From Lytechinus pictus (taxonomy: Eukaryota): a stretch of 64,000 nt of DNA. The notes beneath the pieces are model-generated. The model was not told where the DNA came from, ran no database searches, and was given only the letters and a program-made list of their open reading frames with translations. Position numbers and translations under genes: made by a program. Below are positions 1 to 13,097 of this stretch, in pieces (the stretch's first letter is position 1; the number at the start of each line of letters is the position of its first letter). The stretch is taken from NCBI RefSeq assembly GCF_037042905.1, contig NC_087245.1, positions 5,086,001 to 5,150,000 of the forward strand, written 5' to 3'.

Positions 1-412
1 GGAGGCATGAGTACTTAAAGTTGAAGTTTACTTCAACCAAAAGTGGATTCCAATGAATAGAGAAAAAAAAATCAAATAAGGATAGTGCTTAAACTACACC
101 AAACTCTTCCTCTAAATTTAACTTCAAGCCATGAGAGAGTTTTTATTCAACCCTAACTTTGAAATTCATTGTTTATTTACAGTCATATAAAGATCGCCCT
201 CTGCTGTTTAAAGTTTCCACAATTCTTTCATGATCAATCATGATTTGAAGCTTAGAGTATGAGCTGTAAAATATTCATATTCAAACTAAGAGATTGGTGT
301 GCAGTTTAATTTCACAATTGGACATTTAATATGATTTGTCATGTGAACTGCTCTTTAGACAAAACCATCTTAACTTCCTTCCTGTCTGTTTATAATCACA
401 CATCCTTTGCAG

Positions 413-527
413 GTGTACCACAATCTAAAATAGATGCTGTTGAGGGACAGGGAAAAGAATCAGATACTGGAGGACATGGAGATGGTGCACCCAAGGATGA
501 AAAGGGTGATCTTAAATCTCCCACAAA
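413..527 (+). CDS. Internal coding exon of an unidentified gene (GVPQSKIDAVEGQGKESDTGGHGDGAPKDEKGDLKSPTK)
   Basis: Acceptor catcctttgcag at 401-412. Purine-rich open frame. Ends AA|gcaagt (GC donor, phase 2), matching the phase of the next exon. Confidence 0.75.
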
Positions 528-1912
528 GCAAGTGTTTTCAGAGATTTTTGTCAACCTGGTTATTTTTGTGTTTTAAAAGTTTCAAGGCTGGAAAATGACT
601 GATGGAACAAACTTATTCTTTAGTTTCTTTATTATGAGGTTTACTTTTTAATAGTTGATATTATATGATCTAGCATGTGTTTCCAAGTAATGACCAAAAA
701 TTTTCATTATCAAAATTTCTTCTGAGTTTGCATACTTGAGACAGATATATTTTCCTGGATAATTGTTGTAATTAATTGGAATTTCTGTCAGGATTTACGC
801 CAATAGGCAGGTCTAATTTGATCCTGGGATAATCTTTTGAATACAATTTGAACATAGCATACAGCAATACAAAGAAATCCACACATCATTGAAACCATTC
901 GCTGTTTCTCATTAGCCATTATTTGGAAGTATTGTTATATAAAAAATCTACAGAGGAAGTTGTGATGTAATATATACAAAGATAGAATTAGGTCATGATA
1001 TATCTGAAAGTAAAAACAATCTGGAAGTATTTGTAAAATAAGGTATTAAAAGCTTCTTCATTATACAGCAGGTTACACAAATGATCAACCAACATTGAAA
1101 TTAAATAAAAACATAGCTTTCTTTCCAAAAAACATCCACAAATAAAATATTTCGTTCCACACAGACAGAAAATTATTATTATTCTTGGATCATCAAAATA
1201 CAGTTCATATGATGATGCATTGGTAGAGCTAGGATTACCAACTATAATGTCCCAAAGAGAAAAACTTACTCAAGATTTTGCTATTTGTTTTGAATAAAAT
1301 AACTTATGTCAGTCTTGGTTACCTCCTCAAAGAAATAATAATTTTCTTTGAAATGCAAACACATATACAGAATTCAAATACAAGACAAACAGATTTAGAA
1401 ACAGTGCCCTCCCTAATCTTGTATGTGTGCTTAACATATATTGCGAATCATAAATGAAATAATTTGAAAATTCTTAAATGTTTAAATTATATACATGCTT
1501 AGCGATTGTGAATTCTTTTTAATAACCATTGACTTATTGTGTTTTTAAAAGTTTTATTATGAATAATTTTATGCATTCTCGTGTTGTTTATTCATCTTTA
1601 TCAAAAATTTACTGTGCAAATGTATGTGAATAATTTCAATTGTCTCTGTATTTAACTTACCATGTATTTTTAATTGATACCCTGTAAAGCATGTGTAATT
1701 CATTTTTTTACTGCGATACATATCTATTGAATAAACCATTAAATGATAATGAAAATAAAATGTGTTCTCAAATTCAGAAGGCTGCAGGTTCACCACACAT
1801 TGAGTGCCCATATCTTGTTTTAAACCTGCTTCTCATACAAACAAAAAATTTTATGATGTTTTGATTGCGTTCAGACTGTAGTAAGTTTTTTATATTAACC
1901 TTTTTTCAACAG

Positions 1913-2055
1913 GTCAGTAAAAAGTCAGAGCTCAAGCCTTTTTGGTGATGAAGATTCTGATGATGAACTTTTTAAGACTGACAAAGGTGATGTAGATGAA
2001 ACAGATGGTGACCTCTTCTCTCCTAGTCCTCACCATGCCCAACCGAGCAGCAGTG
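1913..2055 (+). CDS. Internal coding exon, acidic, with LF-acidic-LF motif (SVKSQSSSLFGDEDSDDELFKTDKGDVDETDGDLFSPSPHHAQPSSS)
   Basis: Strong acceptor ttttttcaacag and consensus donor G|gtgagt. Open frame with phase 2 in and phase 1 out. Confidence 0.85.
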
Positions 2056-3243
2056 GTGAGTAAAACTGGTTACCAGTCAAACATTTCCTTTCATCTGAGA
2101 GAGTGATGTAGTGTTATGTGTAGAGCTGTTTGCATGGTGTTTATGCATAGGTGTGAATGATTATGCTGACTGGGTAAACTGATTAATACCACTGCAGCTG
2201 CAGGTATATTATGTCCTTGAGCAATTAACATTTGTGTACACAAATTTATTTTATGTCGGGTCTCTATTTATTCATCATTATTCAACACTTGAAACATCTG
2301 CTCACCTAGATCTGCAAAATAAATAATTTGATGGATTTTTCATTTTATTGTTGAATTATTTAGGTTATTTATTCATTTATGAATTGCTTGCCATACAGCT
2401 ATTGGTAACTGCACTTCTCCATCAATCATGATTGTTCATTGTGTAAAATATTTTGCAAGCAGAATAAGGTTTATTACCCCAATCTGATATGGACATTTAT
2501 ATCAAAGGTAATTGACCATTCACTCCCCGTTACCTTTAAAATCTACCTCCAATGTAAATGCAGGTGAAATAATACAAAATACAATTTCCTTAATTCTCAA
2601 CTCAGAATATTGGAAATTGGAAATTGGAAATATATTGGAAAGGACAGGCATTGAAGAAATTGTACAAAGATTATCATTGACTTTACCAAACTGTCAGTCA
2701 ACCTAATGATGGTTAAGGTTGACTAACAGATCAATTTCTTAATTTCTTAAAAATTGCTGATGTTTATAATCCGGGTGATTATTTAAAATGAAAGTAATTG
2801 TGATACTTATGAAATGTATTTGTACATGTACATGATGATGAAGACATGAATGCTAGACTGTAATTGTGATGATCATTGTGGCAATTAAAAATAAAGTTAT
2901 GCCGGTGGTTATAGTAATGATCATGAAGATGTAGAATGTGATGATTGAGATGATGATGATAATGATGGTATATAGTACTGAAGATTATTATGATAATGGG
3001 GCAATAGAAATGATAGTATTGCTTGTTGTGCTGCACGACCTCTATATTTTGACTTTGTGTTATGATTATGAGAATGTATACCCATATATCAAATCATCAA
3101 ATGAAGGATATTCATTCTGACTGAGAGAGCAAATATCTCTCATTCAGTATCAGCAATCAGAAACTTTTTTGATAACATTTTACGATTAGTTCAATAACTA
3201 ATTCAATATTAATTCAATGACATTGAAATGAGATGTATTACAG

Positions 3244-3461
3244 TTATGGCAAATGGTGTCAGGAGTGGGATTGGAACCTACCCTACAAACTTAATGCAAA
3301 TACGAAGTCAAAGAAAGAAATTGAAGAAACAGCCTCAAGGGCTTGTTAGGATTGAGAAATATAATAAAGAACCTTACCACATGCTGAATGTCATCAAAGT
3401 GCTCAACGATGCATCTAAGAAAGAGCGCCATCTTTGTGCTCACAACTTTTCCACATTATGA
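3244..3461 (+). CDS. Probable terminal coding exon (VMANGVRSGIGTYPTNLMQIRSQRKKLKK...YNKEPYHML...HNFSTL*)
   Basis: Acceptor gtattacag with a weak pyrimidine tract. Phase 1 matches exon 1913-2055. 72 open codons to TGA. Several AATAAA sites lie at about 5.4-6.2 kb. Confidence 0.65.
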
Positions 3462-3860
3462 CAAAATCTACATAAAGTTGTGGTGAGTACAAATTGATAG
3501 TTCTTTATACAAGCTTAGCAGTTCTTTACCATTGTTGTATGAACTTTGACACAAGTCCCACTGCTAATCATTATTTTAGATATATTTATGACTGGCCTTG
3601 GTTTAGACCAGTACACTATAAGGCAGGTAAGACAGTCCCAAAGTTGAAATGTTGTTCAGATAATTGATTAGTATAGAAAATTAGTAGATTTGAAAGTCAG
3701 CGTACATTACAATATTTTGATTCCACCGTTAGATTGAGACTCATTGTATAGTACGAGACAGAATACCTCTTGCATTTTTTTTCAAAATACTAATATTTCT
3801 TTCAAAATTATTGAACGAGAAAAGATATACAATTTTAGCACTACTGTGAAATTTTACTAA

Positions 3861-4456
3861 AGGACAAGTCCACCCCAACAAAAATTGATTTGAATAAAAA
3901 GAGAAGAATTCAACAAGCTTAACATTGAAAATTTCTTCAAAATCGGATGTAAAAGAAGATAGTTATGACATTTTAAAGTTTCGTTTAATTTCACAAAACA
4001 GTTATATGCACATCCTGGTCGGTATGCGAATGAGGGAACTGATGACATCACTCACTCACTATTTCTTTTGTATTTTATTATATGAAATATTATAATTTTC
4101 TCTTCATTGTCCTGTGAAACAAAGTTTTATTTCACCCTGAACTTGTTGAATTACCATTGCTTAACATTTTATGGTTCAGTCAAGTTGGTCCTTATTGTCA
4201 ATTCTGCAAAAATTGAAATAATGTATAATTTGAACAATAAAAAAACAAAAGAAATAGAGATTGAGAGACATCATTGATTCTCTCGTTTGCATGTGACTTA
4301 ATTGTGCACATAACTATTTTGTGAAAAATAAGTGAAACTTTAAAATGTCATAACTTTCTTATTTCATATTCGATTTTGATGAAATTTTCAGCATTATGCT
4401 TGTCTGATTTTTCTCTATAGATTCAAATCAACATTTTCATGAGGTGGACTTGACCT
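3861..4456 (+). mobile_element. Kolobok/T2-type MITE, copy 1
   Basis: Termini AGGACAAGTCCACC...GGTGGACTTGACCT. Flanks CTAA/TTAA. Long imperfect inverted arms. Homologous copies at about 13.1 kb and 35.6 kb. Confidence 0.85.
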
Positions 4457-6371
4457 TTAATATCTACCCATTGATATAATAACACATGGGGGAGGAGGGG
4501 TGAGTTATGCAACTGCTGGATAAGTTCAACTATCTTTTAGATGAAAACTAATATACACCATCACAAATAATTGCTTGCTATCCATCAAGTTTGAAAACCA
4601 TTGTTTGCAAATTCCATTTGAGAAGTTTAGACATAATGTTCATTTGCCCTTCTACACCACCTTATTATTGGTGGATTTTAAGATCAGCTAGAAATATGTA
4701 TTGTGTTTCAAGACAGGGTTCAATTGGCTGACTATTCAATTATGCACACTTTGTTTAACTTCTTTTTATTTTATCTCTTTTAGGACTTTTTGTATACTGC
4801 TGGCTCCTTATTTTCTTTAAAGGCAAGTTTCACAAAAGTCACTTATTTCTTATACATATTTGTTACATAGTTAGTCATTAGACAACCTCACACTTTCAAC
4901 ATAGAAATTAGGGGAATGGTCCATTATCCTAAGATAAATATTGGTGGTATGAATATCATATTTTTGAAAATATAGTTAAACTTTGTCTTGGCATCTTGGT
5001 ATAATCATATAAAGAAATGTATATAATTTACAGTACCATTGCGATTGATTAATCTAAATTGGCAAAGAGTCCCTAAGTTGGCAGTACCATTTGTGTAATA
5101 ATTATTACTATTGAAATAGGTGAAGTAAAGTTTGATAAATGCATACCTATCCCAAAGAATATTCAAAGTGATTATTGAGTTCATTCAACAGGCCTCTGAG
5201 GGCAAAGATAAGGATACTTGAAACTCCTTGACAATTGCTTACATTCAGCAATTGAAAGTGAAATGTTCAATTAATTTGAGCCTTGTGATCTAAAGAGTAA
5301 CTAAATAATGTACATGTTGTAATTATTATATTACCACTGTATTCTTTTTCTTTGGATTATGTATTTTCAATTTCCAAATTGAAGTAAATATTCATGTTGC
5401 AATAATTCATTAATAAAAGCAACCAATCATTAAAATTGGTACTGATATGTTGACCTTCAGTAATCCAGCGGCCTATCAATGAAATTTTCTACTATTCGTT
5501 GCCATCAGGATATGCGCACTAAAAATGTACTTTCCAGAACTCCTAGCTTGTCCTTCCCTTTGTGTTTCTGCCTGTTCATAATTCTAATTGCATGAATAAA
5601 TAATGAAGAGCAAAGAACCATATTTCCTGTGACATCTATGAAATTAGTTTTGAGACCAGCGAAGCTATAGGATTATAATTGTCCAGTTGATTGATGATTA
5701 GTATATGGTTAATAATTTATACCCTTAAACCTTTGAGCTAATGTTATTATACACCCCCACAAAAATGGTAGAATTTTCTCATCAGTCCTTTTTTGTGATC
5801 AGTGCTCGACTAAATTGACATTTGCCACGTTGTCACTATTTCATTGAATTATGTTTATCGGCTTTTGATGACATTCATATGATTCAATTCCTGTCTTGCT
5901 TGATTGAATGATTTCAAATGTTAAATTGTCCTGCATCTATGGATAAAATGAAATAAAAATGGGTTTTAAAATTTAGCAATAAATAAACTGTGCCCCCGAA
6001 AACATTTAATATAAAGCTGAAGTGACCTTCCAAATGGTAAAATTGTAATATAAAAAATGAATTTCCGTTTATAATTTATACAAGGTCAATATTTGCTAAT
6101 AACTTCTCATCACAATTTCATGAAATTCATTTGATACGTTCAAGCGTAACTTGAAGGTTGATTGATGAATAAAGTTGTCTTTTCTTGGACATGTCCTCTA
6201 AGTCGCCTGAACGCCACACTAATCCTTCAACAGCTCATTATTTTTGACAAAATTTTCAATGTAATTAGCAAAGAAAAGTAGTGATGTACTTTTACACAAC
6301 ATGCATAAAAGTAAATGCATCCTCTGAATATTATCATGTTCTTTACCACTAAACATCGTCTCCGTATAATC

Positions 6372-6550
6372 TACACGATTAGAACAATTGGTTCAACTTT
6401 GCACCTTTATCAATGTCACACTGGGCGCACCAATTAAAGGTGCAACTTTGCAGCTTTTCCCAATTAGGATACAAAGATGCACCTTTAATGGAGCTCCCCT
6501 GTCTGAAAGATAAGGAGTAAGATGCAGAGTAGGTACCAAATTACACTGTA
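6372..6550. mobile_element. Degenerate palindromic MITE remnant
   Basis: Inverted tgcaccttta/taaaggtgca motifs between tacac...ctgta ends. Confidence 0.35.
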
Positions 6551-8242
6551 TGGCTTAATGTCAGATAAAGCAATACAATAACAGTAAACACAGATCATAA
6601 TTATCTTTACAATTTTACTCAATTTCCACATCCAAGCTTAAAGATTACTTGCCATCATAATCAGGAAACATTTTTATCAAAGCAAGATATTCCTGTAAGA
6701 AAATATGATTCGTAGTATAAACACAAAATAATTTGTCATTCATTATTTTCATGTATGAAATTTAACGTCCACTCTTGGAATGTGTCAAATAGATTTTTAT
6801 TTTATTTGCGGGTTTTATTGTATTTCGAGTTCATTTTTTGGCGTTGTCTCTCTGGATGTGAAAATTTATACTGGCAGGCTTTATTTATCGGTATATGATT
6901 GCTACACAGTTTTTGAAAATTAACAGTGCAGTGCACGAAAGAATTGCTGAGTTTAGTCTGTAGGCTTAATCTACCAAATTTATTATCATTAATACTGATT
7001 TCATAAATACTTGATTTACTTATTGCATTGTTTTCCCCGGCCTCTTTGTAAATCAATTTAATGCATTTTTCGGGAGAAGTAACCCCCCCCCCTGCAGAGA
7101 TATTCAGTTCTGAAAAGATACTGTAATATAAACAAGAATAATATCATCAAAATAGTGACTATATTTGTTTTTAATCATTATTTCATTCACCACAGCTTTG
7201 TAGTCATAATTGATGCCTAGACCGAAATTGATTTAAAATATGTATGAAAACAAATTACAGATGAGGTAAATTACATTTTGAGTTTAGAAGTCGATATTAC
7301 CATTGTCCTTGACTGGCACAATTACCGTATTGAAGTTGCGCTTTATTAACTTATGCATTATTGATAAATACTGGGTTTATTTCTTCTATAGAAGGCCTGC
7401 ATTAGCAATTGGGCTTCATTATCAACTTTAAAAATGCCACCGTACGGTTCACTTGTAAATGAAATATTAAGTGAATAATATATATATACACAGGTATCTC
7501 GTTACATAAAGGATATTATCCGACTGATTTTACAACAGTTTCAATCGTATATTGGCTTGAAATATAGGAAAATATGAATTTCTTGATTTCCACATCGAAA
7601 TTATTATTTTTTTAGTAAAAGGCACTGTGTTCTAAAAATGTGCATGAATATGCATTTACAGCCCCAATGTTTTGATAGGGGAAGGGGGACAACCTTATCA
7701 TATCTCACTTGAATTATTGGTGGAATTACACGGAGCAAGCCCTCTCTCTTTGATATATATTTTTTCTTCCTCTTTCTTCCGTTTCGCCATTATTTGATGG
7801 AAAAAAAGACATAAGGGGAGGCGATTTCCCTTGCCCCCAGCAGTACCACCACTGTGAATACAGTATGTACAATGACTTGTGTGACATTTCCTAATGTATC
7901 GACGTAAAGAAATTGTTATATTGGGGCATATTGATGAGTTTAACATTTGAATAGATACCGTTTCTTGTTCAATTTACGAGATTACTTTGAAAATTATCTC
8001 ACTTAGATAATAAAAAAAAATATTATGTGACGATTGCACTATGTGTGCGTACCAAATACACTCATTCACACAATAGTGAGTGAGCGAAAAGATTTATCAT
8101 TTAGAACACTATTCTATATTTTAATGATTACGTGTACATTTTTTTAATGAGGAAAAGGGTGAATACCACAGAAGTTGATAAAAGTGTCGACTTCCATTCG
8201 GGTATTTTTTTAATATTTATGTTAAAGAAACTCATTTTAGAA

Positions 8243-8829
8243 ATTGTCGACGGTTGTATGTGCGTTAAACGTTAAATCTACATTATTTACAATTTTCCCA
8301 AATACATGGGCATTGAATATAATGTCCTTTCTCAGTTATACAACATCTCACAATTAATGATAACTATGTACATGTAGCATCCCGGGGAAGAAATTAGTCT
8401 ATTGCCATTTTAAATCGCAATATGTCGAACGAAATTAGACATTGTCGACGGTTGTATGTGCGTTAAACGTTAAATCTACATTATTTACAATTTTCCCAAA
8501 TACATGGGCATTGAATATAATGTCCTTTCTCAGTTATACAACATCTCAAAATTAATGATAACTATGTACATGTAGCATCCCGGGGAAGAAATTAGTCTAT
8601 TGCCATTTTAAATCGCAATATGTCGAACGAAATTAGACATTGTCGACGGTTGTATGTGCGTTAAACGTTAAATCTACATTATTTACAATTTTCCCAAATA
8701 TATGGGCATTGAATATAATGTCCTTTCTCAGTTATACAACATCTCAAAATTAATGATAACTATGTACATGTAGCATCCCGGGGAAGAAATTAGTCTATTG
8801 CCATTTTAAATCGCAATATTTCGAACGAA
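8243..8829. repeat. Tandem triplication with a 198-bp unit
   Basis: ttgtcgacggttgtatgtgcg starts at 8244, 8442 and 8640. Units are near-identical. Confidence 0.95.
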
Positions 8830-8870
8830 TCTTAGGGTGACGATTCTGTATTTTCCTCATTATTGTCTAG

Positions 8871-8906
8871 GTGCCAGTGTCAGCCAACAAGCGCCGAATA
8901 AGAAAG
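8871..8906 (+). CDS. Candidate 36-nt symmetric phase-1 exon (GASVSQQAPNKK)
   Basis: Acceptor ttttcctcattattgtctag and donor AAG|gtaagc. Length is a multiple of 3 and the phase-1 frame is open. Confidence 0.55.
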
Positions 8907-10203
8907 GTAAGCCAGTTCATCCCATAATTTATTTTGCAGAGTATTTTATTCTGTGATTGGAACAAAGTAAGCGCGGTATAGGGAATCGTTTTGACAAGAT
9001 CGGCGACTGGACATAATTGGTAACATTCTAAGAATTTATCCATGTTTTAACACATTCATAATTATAAGGATATTGATATCAATTATGGACATGAATACCA
9101 CGTGCATGTCTATCATGAGAAGATGCTCATGGGGCAGTCAAGAAAAGAAAGGAAATAGGAACAGTCATAATTGAAGAGAGGTAAAGAGTTACATTGGCTG
9201 GAGAGCTTGTCTTATTTTAGTGATTTTTTTTTAGGGTTCCAAGACCAGAAATACCATGAATACTTGTGGAAGTTTATTCTGGACCACAGGACTGGCCCAG
9301 TAAAATGATCGATCCTCAATGTATTATGAGATTATGGTATAGCAAGTAAAGTTTAGATAGAGGGTATATTTATCAAGATACAGATGTATTGGGGCTACAT
9401 GTAGCTACATGTGGTGTATCATCATCATGTTAATTACACTGGTAAATAAGATTTAATAGCTGAATTAAGACTTGTGTAATGGTTCGTTATTTCATAAGCA
9501 AGTGAGGCTTTTACATGTACCTTTTTTTTAAAGCACATGGGACGGATGTCCTTTTGCTTTCTTTTGGATTATCCCGATGTTGTCTCTTATTCGGGCTTGA
9601 TTTTCCACATGTATTATTATAAATGTGGTAGGTCTGAATTGTCCCTTCTATCTTGCAAGGTGGAGGCGTCAAGATAATCATTTAGCAAAATAAATGAATG
9701 GCCCCAAGTTAGGTTGTCTGTATCATGATTAATAGTACCTGTATCATAGTAATTGCTAATTTGTAAATAAATGTGAGGTAATTAAATGGTTCAAAAATGC
9801 ATGGTTTAAAGTTAGAGTTTAAAAGTGCTCAATTCAAATCATTTTGCACTATTTTGATTTACCCAACTCAACATCATTTACGGCATTTTTTGGAAATTCT
9901 TGTAAATTTAATGTCAATATCATTTTCTGACTATAGATTTCTGTGATTATAACAATGTCTGAGATTAATTCCTTTAGTGACATGGTATTATACAGCGTGC
10001 AGAGATAGCTCTTAGGTCATAATGTACTTTCTTGAATTTTTTTTCTAAACCGATTGCTGTCAGATCTCCAATGGTATCATGTACTTTAGGGACCAAAACA
10101 CTAAAGGTGTATACCAGTAGCATCTCAACTTCTCCTTTCTAACTGATCTGCTAAAGATACCATAATGATTCTACTCAGTTGATCACGTGACGTGTGTATT
10201 CAG

Positions 10204-10427
10204 CCGTTACTGACGCTACGTTTCCTTCCAATAAACTTCCAATCGAGAGGACTATTCACGGAGGATGTGTTGAGGTAATCAGCCATGCTTTAGACAGGAT
10301 AGCACATTTAATTGTCTTCTCAGATATTCATGGCGATTCATGCCAAATTTGTCGCGGGACAAAAACTTTACCTGCACTCTTTCCGGTCACCGTTCCATTT
10401 GGCCTTGACATTATACTTCCTGTGTAG
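10204..10427 (+). CDS. Candidate alternative terminal exon (phase 1; stronger in-frame acceptor at 10324)
   Basis: AG at 10202-10203 and attgtcttctcag at 10311-10323, both phase 1 of a 74-codon frame ending TAG. Confidence 0.3.
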
Positions 10428-11329
10428 ACTTTCTTTTTGCCCTTTTGAAAATTTGATGGTAGTGATTAGTGAAGCAGAGTTAGATGCGTATAAAGAACAG
10501 TTTGATTTCTGATTAATTAGATGGATTAGCGCGATCAATAGTGCTCATGTTAGTGTTTGATACACAACTTTCAGTTCATTTGAAATGAGACATACATGTA
10601 AATGGGTAGGTCGTTGTGTTTTTCATGTTCAGGTTAGCGAGGTTATTTTACCCGAAAGATAGACATATGATAAGTAAACCTTTGTACATAGAACAAGCGA
10701 AACTTGTGTTCTCAACTGAATGAAAAATGAAATAAAAGATTAATCCCATCATAATACCAAATAATATAATATCAAATACCCCTTTTTACCCCATCGTGAA
10801 TAATATGACTTCATGACTACCACTAACATTGACCAACCTCCAATTCCGTACCACCACCATCATCACAATTGGGCCATATCAAACCTGGAATCGTTCGTAC
10901 CATCGGCACCATTACCAAACACCTATAGAACCTTCATACGACCGAACTACCGTGCCAGCTCTACAGTTCAAACTCGTGTTATCATGTTGATATTATTTCA
11001 TATCTTATCACTTTATTGGTAAAAATCAAATTATAACAAGCAATTTATTACAAGTTTTAGAAAACGGTATCCTTATTCATGTTGAGATATTTGTGATTAT
11101 CATCACGATCCAGATCGATTTTGATATTCATAACTATCAGACTATACCCTGTGACTGTCTGTTTCATCTAAATTTGTCTACCTTGATCATATAATGGTCG
11201 CCGTCAAGTAGGCCATGGGTTGAAAGAAGCAGTTCGTGATAAGACATTTATATTGCACAAGCTGCATGGGCAGAAGATTAAATAAAAGTAAAAAACACTT
11301 CAATCCTAGGAAACCAATGTGCAGTTCTG

Positions 11330-11485
11330 GGGAGCGTTTCATCAACATTTTTGCCCGACAAGTTGTCAGATCTGACATCTTTCTTTGATTCTGATTGGCC
11401 GAGAGCCGCTGTTACTATGGTAACTGTTGGATAAAACAGGACTGGTCGGATAAAACGTCTGACAAGTCCTTCATGAAACACTCCC
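11330..11485. mobile_element. PIF/Harbinger-type MITE
   Basis: TIR GGGAGCGTTTCAT...ATGAAACACTCCC flanked by a 3-bp CTG direct repeat. Confidence 0.8.
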
Positions 11486-11723
11486 CTGGACTGCAGTTCC
11501 ATGTGGGTTCATTTTGGAAAATGTATGGATATTTCAATAGATTGATTGCTCATCACTAATATTATCCCATTTCCAAGTTTCTTGGTAATATTCAAGAGAT
11601 ACATGACACATAGCATGTAGAGATCGTGTATATCTCAATGTTATTGAGGTCATTATTGCAAATCGAATAAAAACACATTTTATGTCACAAAAATTGTTTT
11701 TCAATTCTGCTGCTCTATATCAG

Positions 11724-11905
11724 GTGGGTGTTTCATAAAGCTGTTCGTAAGTTAAGAGCGACTTTAAGAACGACTGGTGAACCTTTCTTACGCGCTAAAT
11801 AATCACTAATGAACATAATGGTGAACCGTCACTTACCACAAGAAAGGATAACCAGTCGTTCTTAAAGTCGCTCTTAACTTACGATCAGCTTTATGAAACG
11901 GCCTC
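11724..11905. mobile_element. Fold-back MITE, Harbinger-like
   Basis: Inverted arms of about 60 bp (gtttcataaagctg...aagaacgactgg). CAG/CTG flanks. Terminus resembles the 11330 element. Confidence 0.8.
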
Positions 11906-12501
11906 CTGAAGTTTGTGGATTGAAAGTCATATTCTCATACAGGACATCAGACAGCAAAGGCCAAGACAAGGAAAACTGTTCCTTTGTGAATGATAATATA
12001 CGCCTTGGTAGTCACTATTGTAGAAACACCTGAATGTTCTCATTAAGACGACCACAATCAGAAGGCGGTGACTGTCTTGCCCCCAAAGAAGGCTCTGGTT
12101 AATCGTCCACCTCTTTGTAGGTGTTTTGTTCGAAACGTCAGAAAAAAATGACATGATTAAGGAACATTATGAATAATAAAGCCTTTGCTTCTTTGAAAGT
12201 TTAACTTGTTCCTTCTGTACCAATATCAGAGATCATGTAAAGATCGATAGTCAAATGAAGGAAGAATTTTTCCAAAGAATATGAATTCTATGAGGAGATT
12301 TTTTTTCCTTCTTAAAAGTAGCGCAGAAAGTTATCGACACAGTTTGATATGTTTGAATTCCGAATACAATGACTTTGTTTTGCCTCCAGGCCGCCACTTT
12401 ACCTCCACAATCATCACTAAGACGCCCCCGCCAGCCGACCATAATTACCTGGATTAGATTTGTAGCCATTAATCTATATCAATTTTACCACCATCTCCAT
12501 A

Positions 12502-12697
12502 CACTCTTAAAAATGTTGGGCAACATACGGTCCACACAACAATTGGTTAAAACTTTATCCAATTCTGGGTAGTTTTACACCAATAATGTGTGCTTTGGGT
12601 GAAAACTACACAGTATTGGTGTAAAACTACCCAGAATTGGATAAAGTTTTAACCAATTGTTGTGTGGACCGTATGTTGCCCAACATTTTTAAGAGTG
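12502..12697. mobile_element. Palindromic MITE with CAC...GTG ends (CACTA/CMC-like)
   Basis: Apparently perfect inverted arms of about 84 bp with TA on both flanks. Confidence 0.9.
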
Positions 12698-13097
12698 TAA
12701 CATAATATTGTGAGAAAAAATACGGCACGATAATACAGAAGTTGCCATTCTTCCAACTCATAATTTCTGTCCTAGAATATTGCGTGCTCAATATTCAAGA
12801 ACCGTAGCACACGAATATCAATATACCAACAATGTACAATAACATATGTATCACTTTAATGACTGTAGAGGAAGGGAAGAGTAAGGCTAAGAAACCACTT
12901 TGGGAGAACGGACCATGAGTCACGTGGTCAGCTAGGAGGATAGTGGCTCCACCCAATATCCCAGTTTCCTGGGCTAAAGGATCCCCCTAATAAAAAAATA
13001 TCTGAGAATCTCTGCCTGTACCTTTACCGGCCGTTCACAGAGCTCTTGGCCACCTTTTCCTCTACAGGCCTCGAAATTTGAATATGAAAATTATCAA

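Noticed and set aside
2779..3120. His-rich and Met-rich ORFs
   Set aside because: Products of a degenerate (ATG)n microsatellite in an intron.
413..3461. Naming the gene WASHC2/FAM21
   Set aside because: Only one full LFa-like motif is visible and the C-terminus is not recognisable.
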